Source: Vampirovibrionales bacterium (GTDB lineage Bacteria > Cyanobacteriota > Vampirovibrionia > Vampirovibrionales > JAJTHC01). Taken from it: a stretch of DNA of 64,000 bases. A model generated the notes under the pieces. That model was not told the origin of the DNA. It made no database searches and saw nothing but the letters and a program-made list of their open reading frames with translations. Both the position numbers and the translations under genes were made by a program. Below, in pieces: positions 63,731 through 64,000 of the stretch. Numbering within the stretch: position 1 is the first letter of the stretch; each line of letters opens with the position of its first letter. The DNA is taken from the NCBI GenBank assembly GCA_044348005.1, contig JBIKTR010000004.1:715-64714 (forward strand). The letters are read 5' to 3'.

Positions 63731-64000
63731 ATGACTGCTATTCAAGGCTCTAATTGTGCTACGTCAGGCACAGGCAATCCAGCGGTTGCCACACAAAGTC
63801 AATCAGCAGGGGGCTGGTACAACCCCTTTCCAAATCCTTATGCGTATGGTTTGCCTTCAAATGGTGGGATTGTTGGAGGCTTCGGCATGAATGGGATGGG
63901 GATGAATGGAATGGGGATGAATGGGATGGGCATGTACGGCGGCGGATTTGGCGGCGGATTTGGGGGTCAGTACGGCCCAGGGCTGATTAACCCAGCGGTA
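63731..64000 (+). CDS. Gly/Met/Asn-rich low-complexity protein, 3'-partial at the window edge; not in the ORF track
   Basis: The ATG at 63731 follows GAGGAAGG. The frame stays open to nt 64000: MTAIQGSNCATSGTGNPAV...GFGMNGMGMNGMGMNGMGMYGGGFGGGFGGQYGPG. Confidence 0.45.
   Translation, partial: MTAIQGSNCATSGTGNPAVATQSQSAGGWYNPFPNPYAYGLPSNGGIVGGFGMNGMGMNGMGMNGMGMYGGGFGGGFGGQYGPGLINPAV

Noticed and set aside
63754-63990. 78-aa track ORF
   Set aside because: This is the wrong frame of a repeat-rich region. The frame starting at ATG 63731 has a Shine-Dalgarno sequence and gives a coherent Gly/Met-rich product.
1-64000. Prophage, insertion sequence or integrative element
   Set aside because: No integrase, transposase, recombinase, capsid or terminase-like ORF was recognised in any frame. 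The dispersed repeats found here are non-autonomous.

Overview
Gene-dense 64-kb chromosomal segment, roughly 45-50% G+C by eye, analysed by reading only (no database or tool was run). About 55 protein genes are supportable. They include a fragmented flagellar basal-body set (flgB-flgC-fliE-fliF, then an SLT lytic transglycosylase and flgG). Housekeeping genes are alr, priA, folK, pyrB, dapF, ldcA, truB, rpmB, two rpmG paralogues, rsmH, a Pit/DUF47 pair, xseA, thrC, bioB, hemN, trmFO, rlmH, an M16 peptidase pair, photolyase and msrB. RNA genes are RNase P RNA, tRNA-Arg(CCG) and tRNA-Trp(CCA). A Ycf45-like R3H ATPase and a long cyanobacterial-style L28, together with flagellar genes and no photosynthesis genes, suggest a non-photosynthetic relative of Cyanobacteria (Melainabacteria/Vampirovibrionia-like); this is inference only. 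No transposase, integrase, CRISPR array or rRNA was seen. The most unusual content is non-coding. (1) Two about 370-bp paralogous elements (11692-12062 and 41250-41619) each have a conserved leader, exactly ten phased 21-bp units carrying a TTTCgTGGCCAgAAA palindrome, a truncated eleventh unit and a conserved tail. This is an iteron/centromere-like architecture with no partner gene nearby. (2) A dispersed palindromic element family has four members (12064-12140, 24776-24907, 42991-43140, 63061-63218). Conserved boxes sit inside locus-specific complementary outer arms, and the central stem changes in a compensatory way. (3) An orphan promoter-terminator pair at 19727-19858 is a small-RNA candidate. 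(4) An AT-rich single-gene islet encodes an Rx4H (HEPN-like) protein. (5) Two translationally coupled pairs of large orphan membrane proteins lie at 35297-38829 and 57028-61517. (6) A cluster of low-complexity proteins surrounds a membrane J-domain protein.
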